A stretch of 64,000 bases of DNA from positions 310,001-374,000 of the forward strand of contig NZ_SBIV01000002.1 in NCBI RefSeq assembly GCF_004765795.1. The letters are read 5' to 3'. Source of the DNA: Halorussus marinus. GTDB taxonomy: Archaea > Halobacteriota > Halobacteria > Halobacteriales > Haladaptataceae. Within the stretch, counting starts at the first letter, position 1. Every line of letters starts with the position of its first letter. Under the pieces are notes generated by a model, which did not search any database, had not been told where the DNA came from, and worked only from the letters and a program-made list of their open reading frames with translations. Positions 31,165 to 39,957 of the stretch are shown here, one piece after another. Both the position numbers and the translations under genes were made by a program.

Positions 31165-31673
31165 CACCTGACGCTAGCGAAATCCCAGACATAAGTCTTG
31201 GCTTCGGTGTGGAGTCGACCGGTAGTTCGGGGCAGATTCGCGACCGGCGGCTCGCTCGCGACGTTCGCGGAGACGGGGTCAGTTCGTCGGACCCGCGTGG
31301 ACGCTTCGGTGAGCCCCGCGACCAAGAGCCACCGCGAACCCGATTCGGCGCGCCTGTCGGCGACCTCACGCCGAGGACCCGGACGGTTCTCGTGCTTTCC
31401 ACGAAGCGTAGAGGCCGCGAAAGAGCATCCGAGAAACCCGACCAACAGCAACACGGCACCGATCGAGCCGAGCGGTCGAGGCAGTGCGACGAGGGTGCCC
31501 GCTTCGAGTCCGAGCAGAACCTCGTATCCCAGCCAACAGCAGAACGCCGGGAAAACGTAACGCTCGCTCCCGTTCGTCTCGGCTACCCTCGAACTGATTC
31601 CGACCAGCAGAATGCCGAACAGCGGGATGGCAATATCGACGACGTATCCCTCTCCACCGAGCCACTCGATCAT
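31164..31673 (-). CDS. Hypothetical membrane protein, possibly degenerate, in a lower-GC patch beside tRNA-Phe
   Basis: Three hydrophobic segments in the first ~90 aa, atypical codon usage; the tail runs through the next gene's promoter. Confidence 0.4.
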   Translation of the reverse strand: MIEWLGGEGYVVDIAIPLFGILLVGISSRVAETNGSERYVFPAFCCWLGYEVLLGLEAGTLVALPRPLGSIGAVLLLVGFLGCSFAASTLRGKHENRPGPRREVADRRAESGSRWLLVAGLTEASTRVRRTDPVSANVASEPPVANLPRTTGRLHTEAKTYVWDFASVR

Positions 31674-31844
31674 TGCGATAGATGAACTGTCACGGATGCT
31701 TATCTTTTCGCATCCATCCCCAGAGAGGGGGACTGCACGACCGATACTGTTCGGCAGATCGAACGGGTGGGATCGTGGACGAGACGCGCAGAGCTGACGG
31801 ATCGGGTCGAATCTATTCGCGGAGCAGTTTCGTTCGCAGGAAAA

Positions 31845-31918
31845 TGCCGCCTCCCGGATTTGAACCGGGGACAGCTCGATCTTCAGTCGAGTGCTCTCCC
31901 AGTCTGAGCTAAGGCGGC
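31845..31918 (-). tRNA. tRNA-Phe (GAA)
   Basis: GCCGCCT/AGGCGGC-A acceptor stem; CTCGA-CT-GAA-GA-TCGAG anticodon arm; GGTTCAAATCC T-loop; no encoded CCA. Confidence 0.97.
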
Positions 31919-32027
31919 GCACTCGATACGAGGCCCAACGAAAAGAAAAGGGTTTCGAAACACGCCGAAAGCGCGGCGTCGGCGACGCCGGCCAAACGCC
32001 TATGACGAGTGAGACCGTGTGTCACGC

Positions 32028-32129
32028 ATGGGCGATCGAGCCTGCTACCTGGAGTTCTGTCCGGACTGCGACGCGCGGGTCACCGTCGTCGACGAGGCGT
32101 GTCCGGACTGCGGAACCGTCCTCGCGTAG
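32028..32129 (+). CDS. 33-aa CPxC/CPxCG zinc-finger microprotein
   Basis: MGDRACYLEFCPDCDARVTVVDEACPDCGTVLA*; below the ORF-track cutoff; GC3-rich codons. Confidence 0.75.
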   Translation: MGDRACYLEFCPDCDARVTVVDEACPDCGTVLA

Positions 32130-32168
32130 CCCTCCGACGGTCGATCCGCCGGCGCGAGCGAGGAGGGG

Positions 32169-33785
32169 TCACTCGGCGTCGTCGGTGACCTTGCCGTCGG
32201 CGCGGTCGCGGTCGCGCGCCGCGGGGTCCCTGTCGTCGGGGTCGCCGTACCCGCCGCCGCCCGGCGTCCGGACCGTGACGGTGGTCCCCGCCGGGGCGTC
32301 GCGAGTGGTCTTGGCCGGGACCGACTCGCCGTCGATTCGGTTCTGGCCGGTCGCGCCGTCGTCGCCGCCGGCCCGGCCCTCGGGGGCGTGGCGCCGGCGT
32401 TCGGTCAACAGCGACACCACCGAGTCGGTCTCGACGCGCACCGACCGCTCGATTCCGAGTCCGCCGCGGTGTTCGCCGTCGCCGCCGCTGTCGGGTCGGA
32501 GCGCGTACCGCTCGACGGTGAGGGGGTACTCAGTCTCGATGGACTCGACCGGGGTGTTGAGCGTGTTGGTCATCCCGACCTGCACGCCGTCCATCCCGTC
32601 GGCGCCGGCCCGGCCGCCGAACCCGCCGCCGATGGTCTCGTAGTAGGTGTAGCCGTCGCTCGCCCGGCTTCCGATGATGAGGTTGTTCATCGTGCCCTGA
32701 CTCCCCGCGGGCACCGCGCCCGGGATCGCCTGCCCGAAGGCCGCGAGCACCACGTCGGTCACGCGCTGGCTGGTCTCGACGTTCCCGCCCACGACCGCCG
32801 CCGGCGGTTCGGGGTTCAACAGACACCCCTCGGGCGCGCGGACGTCGACCGGATCGTAGCACCCGTGGTTCGGCGGGATCTCGGGATCGGTCACCGCCCG
32901 GACCACGAAGTAGACCGCGCTCTTGGCGACCGCCAGCGGCGCGTTCAGGTTCCCGTCGACCTGCGGGGCGGTGCCCGCGAAGTCCACGTCGACGCCCGTC
33001 CCGTCGATCGTGACGGCGACCTCGACCGGCACGTCCTCGTCGGTGACGCCGTCGCCCTCCAGCGCGTCGGCCGCGCGATATGTGCCGTCGGGGATCGCTT
33101 CGAGTTCGGCCTCGACGCGCTCCCGGGAGTAGTCGACGACGGCGTCGAAGGCCGCCCGCAGACGCGCCGGACCGTGGTCGTCGAGCAGTTCCCCGACCCT
33201 GTCCTCGGCGCGCTCGTTGGCCGCGAGCTGGGCCCGGAGGTCGGCCCGGCGCTCGTCGGGGTTGCGGACGTTGGCGAGCAGGAGTTCAAGCACGTCGTCG
33301 TTCCGACCGTCGGCGGTCGCGAGCCGAACCCCCGGGATCCGGACGCCCTCCTGGTAGATCTCGGTCGCGCCGGCGGGCATGCTCCCCGGCGAGATGCCGC
33401 CGACGTCGGCGTGGTGGGCGCGGGTCACCGCGTAGCCGACGATCTCGCCGTCGGGCGCGACCGGCGAGACGATGGTCACGTCGGGCAGGTGGGTCCCGCC
33501 CGCGAACGGGTCGTTGAGCAGGAAGGCGTCGCCCGGCTCTGGGTCCTCGTCCCGGATCGCCGCGACCGCCTCGGGCATCGCGCCGAGGTGGACGGGGATG
33601 TGCTCGGCCTGCGCGACCATCCGGCCGTCGGCGTCGAACAGCGCGGCCGAGCAGTCTTGGCGCTCTTTGATGTTCGGGGAGTATGCCCCGCGGATCAGGA
33701 CCTGTCCCATCTCCTCGGCGATCCCCTCCAGTTGGTTGCGCAGGATTTCGAGCGTGACCGGGTCGATCTCGGAGTCGGCGCTCAT
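32169..33785 (-). CDS. Hydantoinase B / 5-oxoprolinase subunit
   Basis: YSPNIKERQDCS, HIPVHLG, GGTHLPD, HHADVGG, TPGGGGYG; ATG 33785 overlaps the upstream stop. Confidence 0.95.
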   Translation of the reverse strand: MSADSEIDPVTLEILRNQLEGIAEEMGQVLIRGAYSPNIKERQDCSAALFDADGRMVAQAEHIPVHLGAMPEAVAAIRDEDPEPGDAFLLNDPFAGGTHLPDVTIVSPVAPDGEIVGYAVTRAHHADVGGISPGSMPAGATEIYQEGVRIPGVRLATADGRNDDVLELLLANVRNPDERRADLRAQLAANERAEDRVGELLDDHGPARLRAAFDAVVDYSRERVEAELEAIPDGTYRAADALEGDGVTDEDVPVEVAVTIDGTGVDVDFAGTAPQVDGNLNAPLAVAKSAVYFVVRAVTDPEIPPNHGCYDPVDVRAPEGCLLNPEPPAAVVGGNVETSQRVTDVVLAAFGQAIPGAVPAGSQGTMNNLIIGSRASDGYTYYETIGGGFGGRAGADGMDGVQVGMTNTLNTPVESIETEYPLTVERYALRPDSGGDGEHRGGLGIERSVRVETDSVVSLLTERRRHAPEGRAGGDDGATGQNRIDGESVPAKTTRDAPAGTTVTVRTPGGGGYGDPDDRDPAARDRDRADGKVTDDAE

Positions 33786-35797
33786 CGGTCCGCCCCCCGC
33801 GTGAGCACCGCGGTGCCGTCGGCCTGCACGGTGGCTCGCCACTCGGGCGCCACCACGGTCGTGCTCTCGGCCTGTTCGAGGACCGCCGGGCCGTCGACCG
33901 CGTCCCCGGGGGCGAGCGCGAGCCGGTCGTGGATCTCGGTCTCGTACACCGCATCGCCGAATGCGGCCTCCCGCGTTCCGAGGAGACTGTCGCCGCCGGC
34001 CTCGTAGGCGGTGTCGTCGACGCCGCGTTCGACGCGGGCGGTGGCCCGGAGAGTCACCAGCTCGACCGCCTCGTCGACTCGGTAGCCGTACGCCCGCTCG
34101 TGGGCGTCGTGGAAGCGCTCGCGCACCGCGTCGGGGTCGAACGACTCGGGGATCGACACCTCGAGTTCGAAGCTCTGGCCGGCGTACCGGCAGTCCGCCG
34201 AGAGCCGGACCGCGGCGTCGGCCCCGTCGGCCACGTCCGCGAGCGCCGCCGCGCGGAGCGCCGCGAGGTCGGCGTCGACCTCGTCGGGGTCGGCCTCCGC
34301 GAGCGGCGTCAGCCGGGTCCGGACCGCGTCGTGTTTCTCGTCGGCGTCGAGCAGGCCGTACGCCGAGAGGACGCCGCCCGCGACCGGAACGACGACCGTG
34401 TCGACCCCGAGGGCGTCGGCGAGCGGCGCGGCGTGCATCGGCCCCGCGCCGCCGAACGCCACCAGCCCGAACGCCCGGGGGTCGTAGCCCCGCTCGACCG
34501 TGACCGACCGGATGGCCCGGATCATCTTCGCGTTCGCCACCTCGTAGACGCCCCGGGCCGCCGCCAGCGGCGAGTCGAGCCCCGCCTCGTCGGCGAGGGC
34601 CGCGAGCGCGTCGCGGGCCGCGGCCTCGTCGAGTTCGAGTTCGCCGCCGAGCGCAGTGCTCGCGCCGACGTATCCGAGGACCACGTTCGCGTCGGTGATG
34701 GTCGCGCGCTCGCCGCCCTTGCCGTAACACGCCGGCCCCGGCTCCGCGCCGGCCGACTCGGGGCCGACCCGGAGCGCGCCGCCCGAGTCGACCCACGCGA
34801 GGCTCCCGCCGCCCGAGCCGATGGTGTGGACGTCGACCATCGGCACCCGGACCGGGACGCCGCCGACGCTGGCGTCGGTGGTCCGCTCGGCTCGGCCGTC
34901 CCGGACGAGGCTCACGTCGCTCGACGTCCCGCCCATGTCGAAGGTGACCAGCCCGGCGAGGTCGCGGTCGGCCCGGACGCGTTCGGCCGCCCGGTTCGCG
35001 CCGACGACGCCCGCCGCGGGGCCCGAGAGCACGGTCGTGACCGCCTTGTCCCGGACCGTCCGGGCGTCGGCGATGCCCCCGTTCGACTGCATGATCCGGG
35101 GCGCGGGGACGCCGAGTTCGGCGGCGCGGGCTTCGAGCCGGCCCACGTAGGCGTCGATGGCCGGGGTGACGTAGGCGTCGACCGCGGTCGTCGCGGTGCG
35201 CTCGTACTCCCGGAACTCCGCGAGCACCTCGTGGGAGGCCGAGACCGGCACGTCGAGTTCCTCGCGGAGCAGTTCGGCCGCCCGGCGCTCGTTCTCGGGG
35301 TGGGCGTAGGCGTGGAGGAAGGCGACCGCGACGCTCTCGACGCCCGACTCGCGGAGGTCGGCCGCGATCGCCCGCACGTCGTCGGGGTCGACGGGCGTCT
35401 CGATCCCGTCGAGGGTCGCACGCTCCGCGACTTCGTAGCGCCGGCGTCGGGGCACCAGCGGAGCGGGCTTCTCGGCGTCGAGATCGTAGAGGTCGGGGCG
35501 GGTCTGGCGACCGATTTCGAGCACGTCGCCGAACCCCTCGGTGGTCACCAGCGCCGTCCGAGCGCCGCCGCGTTCGAGCAGTGCATTGACCGAGACGGTC
35601 ATCGCGTGGGTGAACTCCGAGACCGCGCTCGGATCGACGCCGGCGTCGTCGCAGGCCTTCCGGATCCCGGCGATCACGCCCTCGCTCTGGTCGGCGGTGG
35701 TCGGTACCTTGGCGGTCACGAGCTCGCCGTCGCCGGTCACGAGCGTCACGTCGGTGAACGTGCCACCGACGTCGACGCCGATGCGCGGTCCCGTCAC
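33782..35797 (-). CDS. Hydantoinase A / 5-oxoprolinase ATP-binding subunit
   Basis: GVDVGGTFTD, SGPAAG, DMGGTSSD, GPACYGKGG. Confidence 0.95.
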   Translation of the reverse strand: MTGPRIGVDVGGTFTDVTLVTGDGELVTAKVPTTADQSEGVIAGIRKACDDAGVDPSAVSEFTHAMTVSVNALLERGGARTALVTTEGFGDVLEIGRQTRPDLYDLDAEKPAPLVPRRRRYEVAERATLDGIETPVDPDDVRAIAADLRESGVESVAVAFLHAYAHPENERRAAELLREELDVPVSASHEVLAEFREYERTATTAVDAYVTPAIDAYVGRLEARAAELGVPAPRIMQSNGGIADARTVRDKAVTTVLSGPAAGVVGANRAAERVRADRDLAGLVTFDMGGTSSDVSLVRDGRAERTTDASVGGVPVRVPMVDVHTIGSGGGSLAWVDSGGALRVGPESAGAEPGPACYGKGGERATITDANVVLGYVGASTALGGELELDEAAARDALAALADEAGLDSPLAAARGVYEVANAKMIRAIRSVTVERGYDPRAFGLVAFGGAGPMHAAPLADALGVDTVVVPVAGGVLSAYGLLDADEKHDAVRTRLTPLAEADPDEVDADLAALRAAALADVADGADAAVRLSADCRYAGQSFELEVSIPESFDPDAVRERFHDAHERAYGYRVDEAVELVTLRATARVERGVDDTAYEAGGDSLLGTREAAFGDAVYETEIHDRLALAPGDAVDGPAVLEQAESTTVVAPEWRATVQADGTAVLTRGADR

Positions 35798-35853
35798 GGG
35801 CGCCCTCCCGTCGGAGCCGCGGGTCGACGCGGGGTCGGTGTGAGTACAGACAT
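35794..35853 (-). CDS. Putative 19-aa uORF coupled to hydantoinase A
   Basis: MSVLTPTPRRPAAPTGGRP*; its TGA overlaps the GTG start (GTGA), with GGAGGG in the last codons. Confidence 0.35.
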   Translation of the reverse strand: MSVLTPTPRRPAAPTGGRP

Positions 35854-35943
35854 TCGAGCGGTCCTACCGACCACAGGCTAATCATCGTAGCGGTCGGAGC
35901 AAGCGACGAGCCCCGGCGGGCGACGGGACGGACGCGACGCTAT

Positions 35944-36134
35944 CGAGGAGAGGAACGTGGGCCCGCTCGGATTCGAACCGGTGCGAGACGGTTCCGCTCG
36001 GTCGCGTTCGCTCCCTCGCGCGCCTGCGACTCGCGGGGTTCGAATCCGACCTTCGGTCGCTGACCCGATCGGACGTCCCACGCCGGACGCGACACTACCG
36101 AGGAGAGGAACGTGGGCCCGCTCGGATTCGAACC
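35944..36134 (-). repeat. 36-bp direct repeat of the tRNA 3' end plus trailer, enclosing a palindromic element
   Basis: 35944-35979 is identical to 36099-36134; TCGGATTCGAACC (35967-35979) is inverted at 36037-36049. Confidence 0.92.
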
Positions 36135-36216
36135 AAGGAGTCACCCGGTGTCCCATGGCACTGGATTTCCAGTCCCAATATGAGCCGGGGGCTTTACCAG
36201 ACTTAGCTACGGGCCC
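36113..36216 (-). tRNA. tRNA with CAT anticodon, probably Ile2, with a 29-nt BHB intron (36150-36178)
   Basis: GGGCCCG/CGGGCCC-A acceptor; CCCGG-CT-CAT-A|intron|A-CCGGG; CUCA/UGGG central helix with two 3-nt bulges. Confidence 0.9.
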
Positions 36217-36345
36217 GCAGATCCACGTAAAGCGCCGATTCTTTAAATGACTTCGGTTCGGCGCGACCGCGACCCCGGTCGCGGCGAGGCGGCGGCGCGG
36301 GCGTCGAATCTCGGGCCTTTAGGTGTCGAGACCGTAGCGGGCCGT

Positions 36346-37695
36346 ATGCACGCACTCGATCCGTCGCGGGGCCTCGCCGACCCGGCCGTCGCGTTCGTCG
36401 CCGCCGAGGCGTCGCGCGGGACCATCACCGCGGTAGGCGTCGCCGCGATCGGGGTTTTGATACTGCTGTCGGCGTTTTTCGCGTCCTCGGAGATCGCGAT
36501 CTTCTCGCTCGGAGACCACCGAATCGGCGCGCTGGTCGAGAGCGGCGCGCCGGGAGCCGGGACCCTCGCCGACCTGAAATCGAATCCGCGGCGGTTGCTG
36601 GTGACGATCCTCGTCGGGAACAACGTCGCCAACATCGCGATGTCGAGCATCGCGACCGGCGTGCTCGGACTCCACTTCGGCGCGACCGAGTCGGTGCTGA
36701 TCGCGACGTTCGGTATCACCTCGGTCGTGTTGCTGTTCGGCGAGAGCGCGCCCAAGTCGTTCGCGGTCGAGCACAGCGAGTCGTGGGCCCTCCGCATCGC
36801 TCGACCCCTCCGGGCCGCACAGTACGCGCTGTACCCCCTCGTCGAGGTCTTCGACTTCCTGACCAGAGTCATCAACAGAGCCACCGGAAGCGAGGGGAAC
36901 GTCGAGGCCGCCTACGTCACGCGCTCGGAGATCCGGGAGATGATCGAGGCCGGGCAACGCGACGGCGTGTTCAGCGAGGACGAACACCGCATGCTCCAGC
37001 GACTCCTCCGGTTCCGGAACCGCATCGTCAAAGAGACGATGGTCCCGCGGCTCGACGTGGTCGGCGTGCCCGCCGACACCGACCTCTCGGCGGCGATCGA
37101 CGTCTGCGTCGAGACCGGGTTCACCCAACTGCCGGTGTACGAGGACACCCTCGACGAAGTGGTCGGGATCGTCGACGTACAGGACTTGCTTGCGGCCCGC
37201 GAGCGCGGGGGCTCGCGGTCGGTCCGGGAGGTCGCGAGCGCGCCGTTCGTCGTTCCGGAGACCAAAGACGTCGACGAACTGCTGACCGAACTGCGAACCG
37301 AACGGCGCCGGCTCGCGGTCGTCGTCGACGAGTTCGGCACCACCGCGGGCGTCGTCACCATCGAGGACATCGTCGAGGAGATCATCGGCGAGATACTCAC
37401 CGAGTCCGAGACGGTGCCCGTCCGGTGGCTCGACGACGACACCGCCGTCGTCCGGGGGGAGCTCAACGTCCACGAAGTCAACGAGGCGCTCGGCACCGCG
37501 CTCCCCGAGGACGGCGGGTTCGAGACCGTCGCCGGTCTGATGTTCGACCGGACGGGTCGGCTCGCCGAGGAGGGCGAGTCGGTGACCGAGGACGGGGTGG
37601 GCCTCGTCGTCGAGACCGCCGAGAACAACCGGGTGCTGGAGGTCCGAATCGAACTGCCGGGCCCCGAGACGCTCGTGGCGGACGACGGGACGTAG
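36346..37695 (+). CDS. Hemolysin/CNNM (DUF21-CBS-CorC) family protein
   Basis: SAFFASSEIA, GESAPKS, MVPR, VVDEFG..GVVTIEDIVEEIIGEI, C-terminal CorC domain. Confidence 0.92.
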   Translation: MHALDPSRGLADPAVAFVAAEASRGTITAVGVAAIGVLILLSAFFASSEIAIFSLGDHRIGALVESGAPGAGTLADLKSNPRRLLVTILVGNNVANIAMSSIATGVLGLHFGATESVLIATFGITSVVLLFGESAPKSFAVEHSESWALRIARPLRAAQYALYPLVEVFDFLTRVINRATGSEGNVEAAYVTRSEIREMIEAGQRDGVFSEDEHRMLQRLLRFRNRIVKETMVPRLDVVGVPADTDLSAAIDVCVETGFTQLPVYEDTLDEVVGIVDVQDLLAARERGGSRSVREVASAPFVVPETKDVDELLTELRTERRRLAVVVDEFGTTAGVVTIEDIVEEIIGEILTESETVPVRWLDDDTAVVRGELNVHEVNEALGTALPEDGGFETVAGLMFDRTGRLAEEGESVTEDGVGLVVETAENNRVLEVRIELPGPETLVADDGT

Positions 37696-37727
37696 CCGGG
37701 ACTCGTCGTGATAGTCGCCGAGAGAAG

Positions 37728-37800
<73 letters not shown>

Positions 37801-37908
37801 TTCCGAACGCATTCTATCGTATGCGGGAGTCCTTTGATAGGGCTTTCGTTTTCGCCCGCGGGCGGCGAGGCGATACGCTTTCGGCGCCGGCGCGGTAACC
37901 GTGGCGTA

Positions 37909-39306
37909 ATGACGGGCGACGAGTCGGCATTCGAGGCGGTGGTCGAGGCCGTCGGCGAGCGGATCGCTCCCGACGAGCGCGAGCGCGAGCGGTTGGCCGA
38001 GGCGGTCGCGGTCCTCCGCGAGCGGGCGACCGACGCCGTCGCCGACCTCCCCGTCGAGGCCGACCTCCGGCAGGTCGGGAGCACCGCCCGCGGGACGTGG
38101 ATCAGCGGCGATCGGGACATCGACCTGTTCGTCCGGTTTCCCCCGGATCTGCCCCGCGAGGACTTAGAGGAGTACGGCCTCGAAGTCGGCCACGCCGTGC
38201 TCCCGGAGGGCCGCGAGGAGTACGCCGAGCATCCCTACGTCGTCGGCGAGTTCGACGGCTTCGACGTCGACCTCGTGCCGTGTTACCGGCTCGATTCGGC
38301 GACCGAGATCCAGTCGGCGGTCGACCGCACACCGTTTCACAACGACTACGTCGCCAAGCGCCTCGACCCCGAGCTCGCCGGCGAGGTCCGGCTGTTCAAG
38401 CAGTTCCTCAAGGGGATCGGTGCGTACGGGAGCGACCTCCGGACCCGGGGGTTCTCGGGGTATCTCACCGAACTGCTCGTCCTCGAACACGGGAGCTTCC
38501 GGGCGACGATCGAAGCCGCCGCCGAGTGGCACCCGCCGGTCCGGTTCGACCCCGAGGACCACGGCCGAGCCGACGGGGCGGACTCGACGCCGGGCGACGC
38601 CGGCGAGCAGTTCGACGACCCCCTCGTCGTGATCGACCCGACCGATCCCGAGCGCAACGTCGCGGCGGTCTGTGCGCCCGAGAACGTCGCGCGCCTCCAG
38701 CACTACGCTCGCGAACTGCTCGACTCGCCCCGGGAGTCGCTGTTCGTCGCCGAGCGGGTCGAGCCCCTCACCGCGGATGCGGTCCGCGAGCACGTCCGGC
38801 GGCGGGCGACCGCGCCGGTCGCGGTGCGGTTCGACGCGCCCGACGTGGTCGACGACCAGCTCTACCCCCAGCTCCGGAAGTCCCTCGACGGCCTCCGCGA
38901 GGAGCTCGACCGTCGCGGGTTCGACGTGCTCCGGACGGCGGCGTTCGCCGACGAGTCGGCGGCGCTGTTCGCGGAGCTCGAAGTCGCCGAGCGCCCCGCG
39001 ATCGAGCGCCACGAGGGCCCGCCGGTCCACGTCCGAGACCACGCCGAGGGGTTCTACACCAAGTATGCCGACGGCGACGACTACGGCCCGTTCGTCGACG
39101 GCGACCGGTACGTCGTCGAGCGCGACCGGGAGTTCTCCACCGCCGCGACGTTCCTCGAGAGCGACGCCATCCTCGACGTTGCGCTCGGCGTGCGCGTCGA
39201 GCGCGAACTCCGGACCGACTACGACGTGCTGGTCGGCGAGGCGGTCGCCGACCTCGCCGAGGAGTTCGGCCGGGAGCTGGCTCGGTACTTCGATCCCGGG
39301 CCGTAA
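37909..39306 (+). CDS. cca: CCA-adding enzyme (class I, archaeal)
   Basis: GSTARGTW..DRDIDLF, YAEHPY, AVDRTPFH, GFSGYLTEL. Confidence 0.96.
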   Translation: MTGDESAFEAVVEAVGERIAPDERERERLAEAVAVLRERATDAVADLPVEADLRQVGSTARGTWISGDRDIDLFVRFPPDLPREDLEEYGLEVGHAVLPEGREEYAEHPYVVGEFDGFDVDLVPCYRLDSATEIQSAVDRTPFHNDYVAKRLDPELAGEVRLFKQFLKGIGAYGSDLRTRGFSGYLTELLVLEHGSFRATIEAAAEWHPPVRFDPEDHGRADGADSTPGDAGEQFDDPLVVIDPTDPERNVAAVCAPENVARLQHYARELLDSPRESLFVAERVEPLTADAVREHVRRRATAPVAVRFDAPDVVDDQLYPQLRKSLDGLREELDRRGFDVLRTAAFADESAALFAELEVAERPAIERHEGPPVHVRDHAEGFYTKYADGDDYGPFVDGDRYVVERDREFSTAATFLESDAILDVALGVRVERELRTDYDVLVGEAVADLAEEFGRELARYFDPGP

Positions 39307-39454
39307 CCGGTCCGCGGTGGGCCTCGTCGGGCCTCCCTCGTGCGGATTCGGCGCCGAGCGCCGAGACGGACGCGCTCGCCCCGTTTGTCGGCGATACTAT
39401 GGTTTTCGGCACGAATACGAACGTTAATCCGATACCGCCGCCGTCTACCGTTCG

Positions 39455-39820
39455 ATGACAGAGTCCGAATGGGAGCTGTACGTCGAAGGCAACACGCTCG
39501 TCGCGCACTTCACCGCGGGGATGCCCGCCGACGAGGCCGAGTTCGCGAAGGTAAACGAGCGGTTCGAAGAGCTCGCCACCGACGAGGAAGTGACGGCCCA
39601 CATCTCGTTCGTCGAGATGGAGGAGGCGCTCCACGAGGGCGTCTACGAGAAGGCGGCCGAGGCCGCCCGCGTCGGCAAGTCCTACGGCATCACGAAGTGG
39701 GCGATGGTCTCGGACGGCATCAAGAGCATGGCGGTCGCGAGTTCGGTCGGGGACATCCCGGACATCGAGACCGAGACGTTCTCGGACTACGAGGCGGCGC
39801 TGGAGTGGACGACCGAGTAG
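39455..39820 (+). CDS. Hypothetical acidic protein (SpoIIAA/STAS-like)
   Basis: 121 aa; KWAMVS..ETETFSDYEAALEW resembles the SpoIIAA-like C-terminus. Confidence 0.7.
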   Translation: MTESEWELYVEGNTLVAHFTAGMPADEAEFAKVNERFEELATDEEVTAHISFVEMEEALHEGVYEKAAEAARVGKSYGITKWAMVSDGIKSMAVASSVGDIPDIETETFSDYEAALEWTTE

Positions 39821-39957
39821 CCGACCCGGTGGGTCCGAACGGCCCGGATAAGCCGGGCCAACTCGCGCGAGGACCCCGTTGCTTACCTCGCCACAGGCGG
39901 TCCCTTTTTCAAATAAGCACTAAACATTGATGAGCGATAGCGTTGTCGTGGGACTCG

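Noticed and set aside
32169..35885. 1238-aa fused oxoprolinase ORF
   Set aside because: The N-terminal ~700 aa is an Arg/Gly-rich off-frame shadow of subunit A; the real B subunit starts at ATG 33785 with an ATGA overlap.
35944..36060. Second tRNA gene or prophage attachment site
   Set aside because: Only the T-arm and acceptor 3' half are duplicated, with no D or anticodon arm and no integrase or cargo; reported instead as a mini-element.
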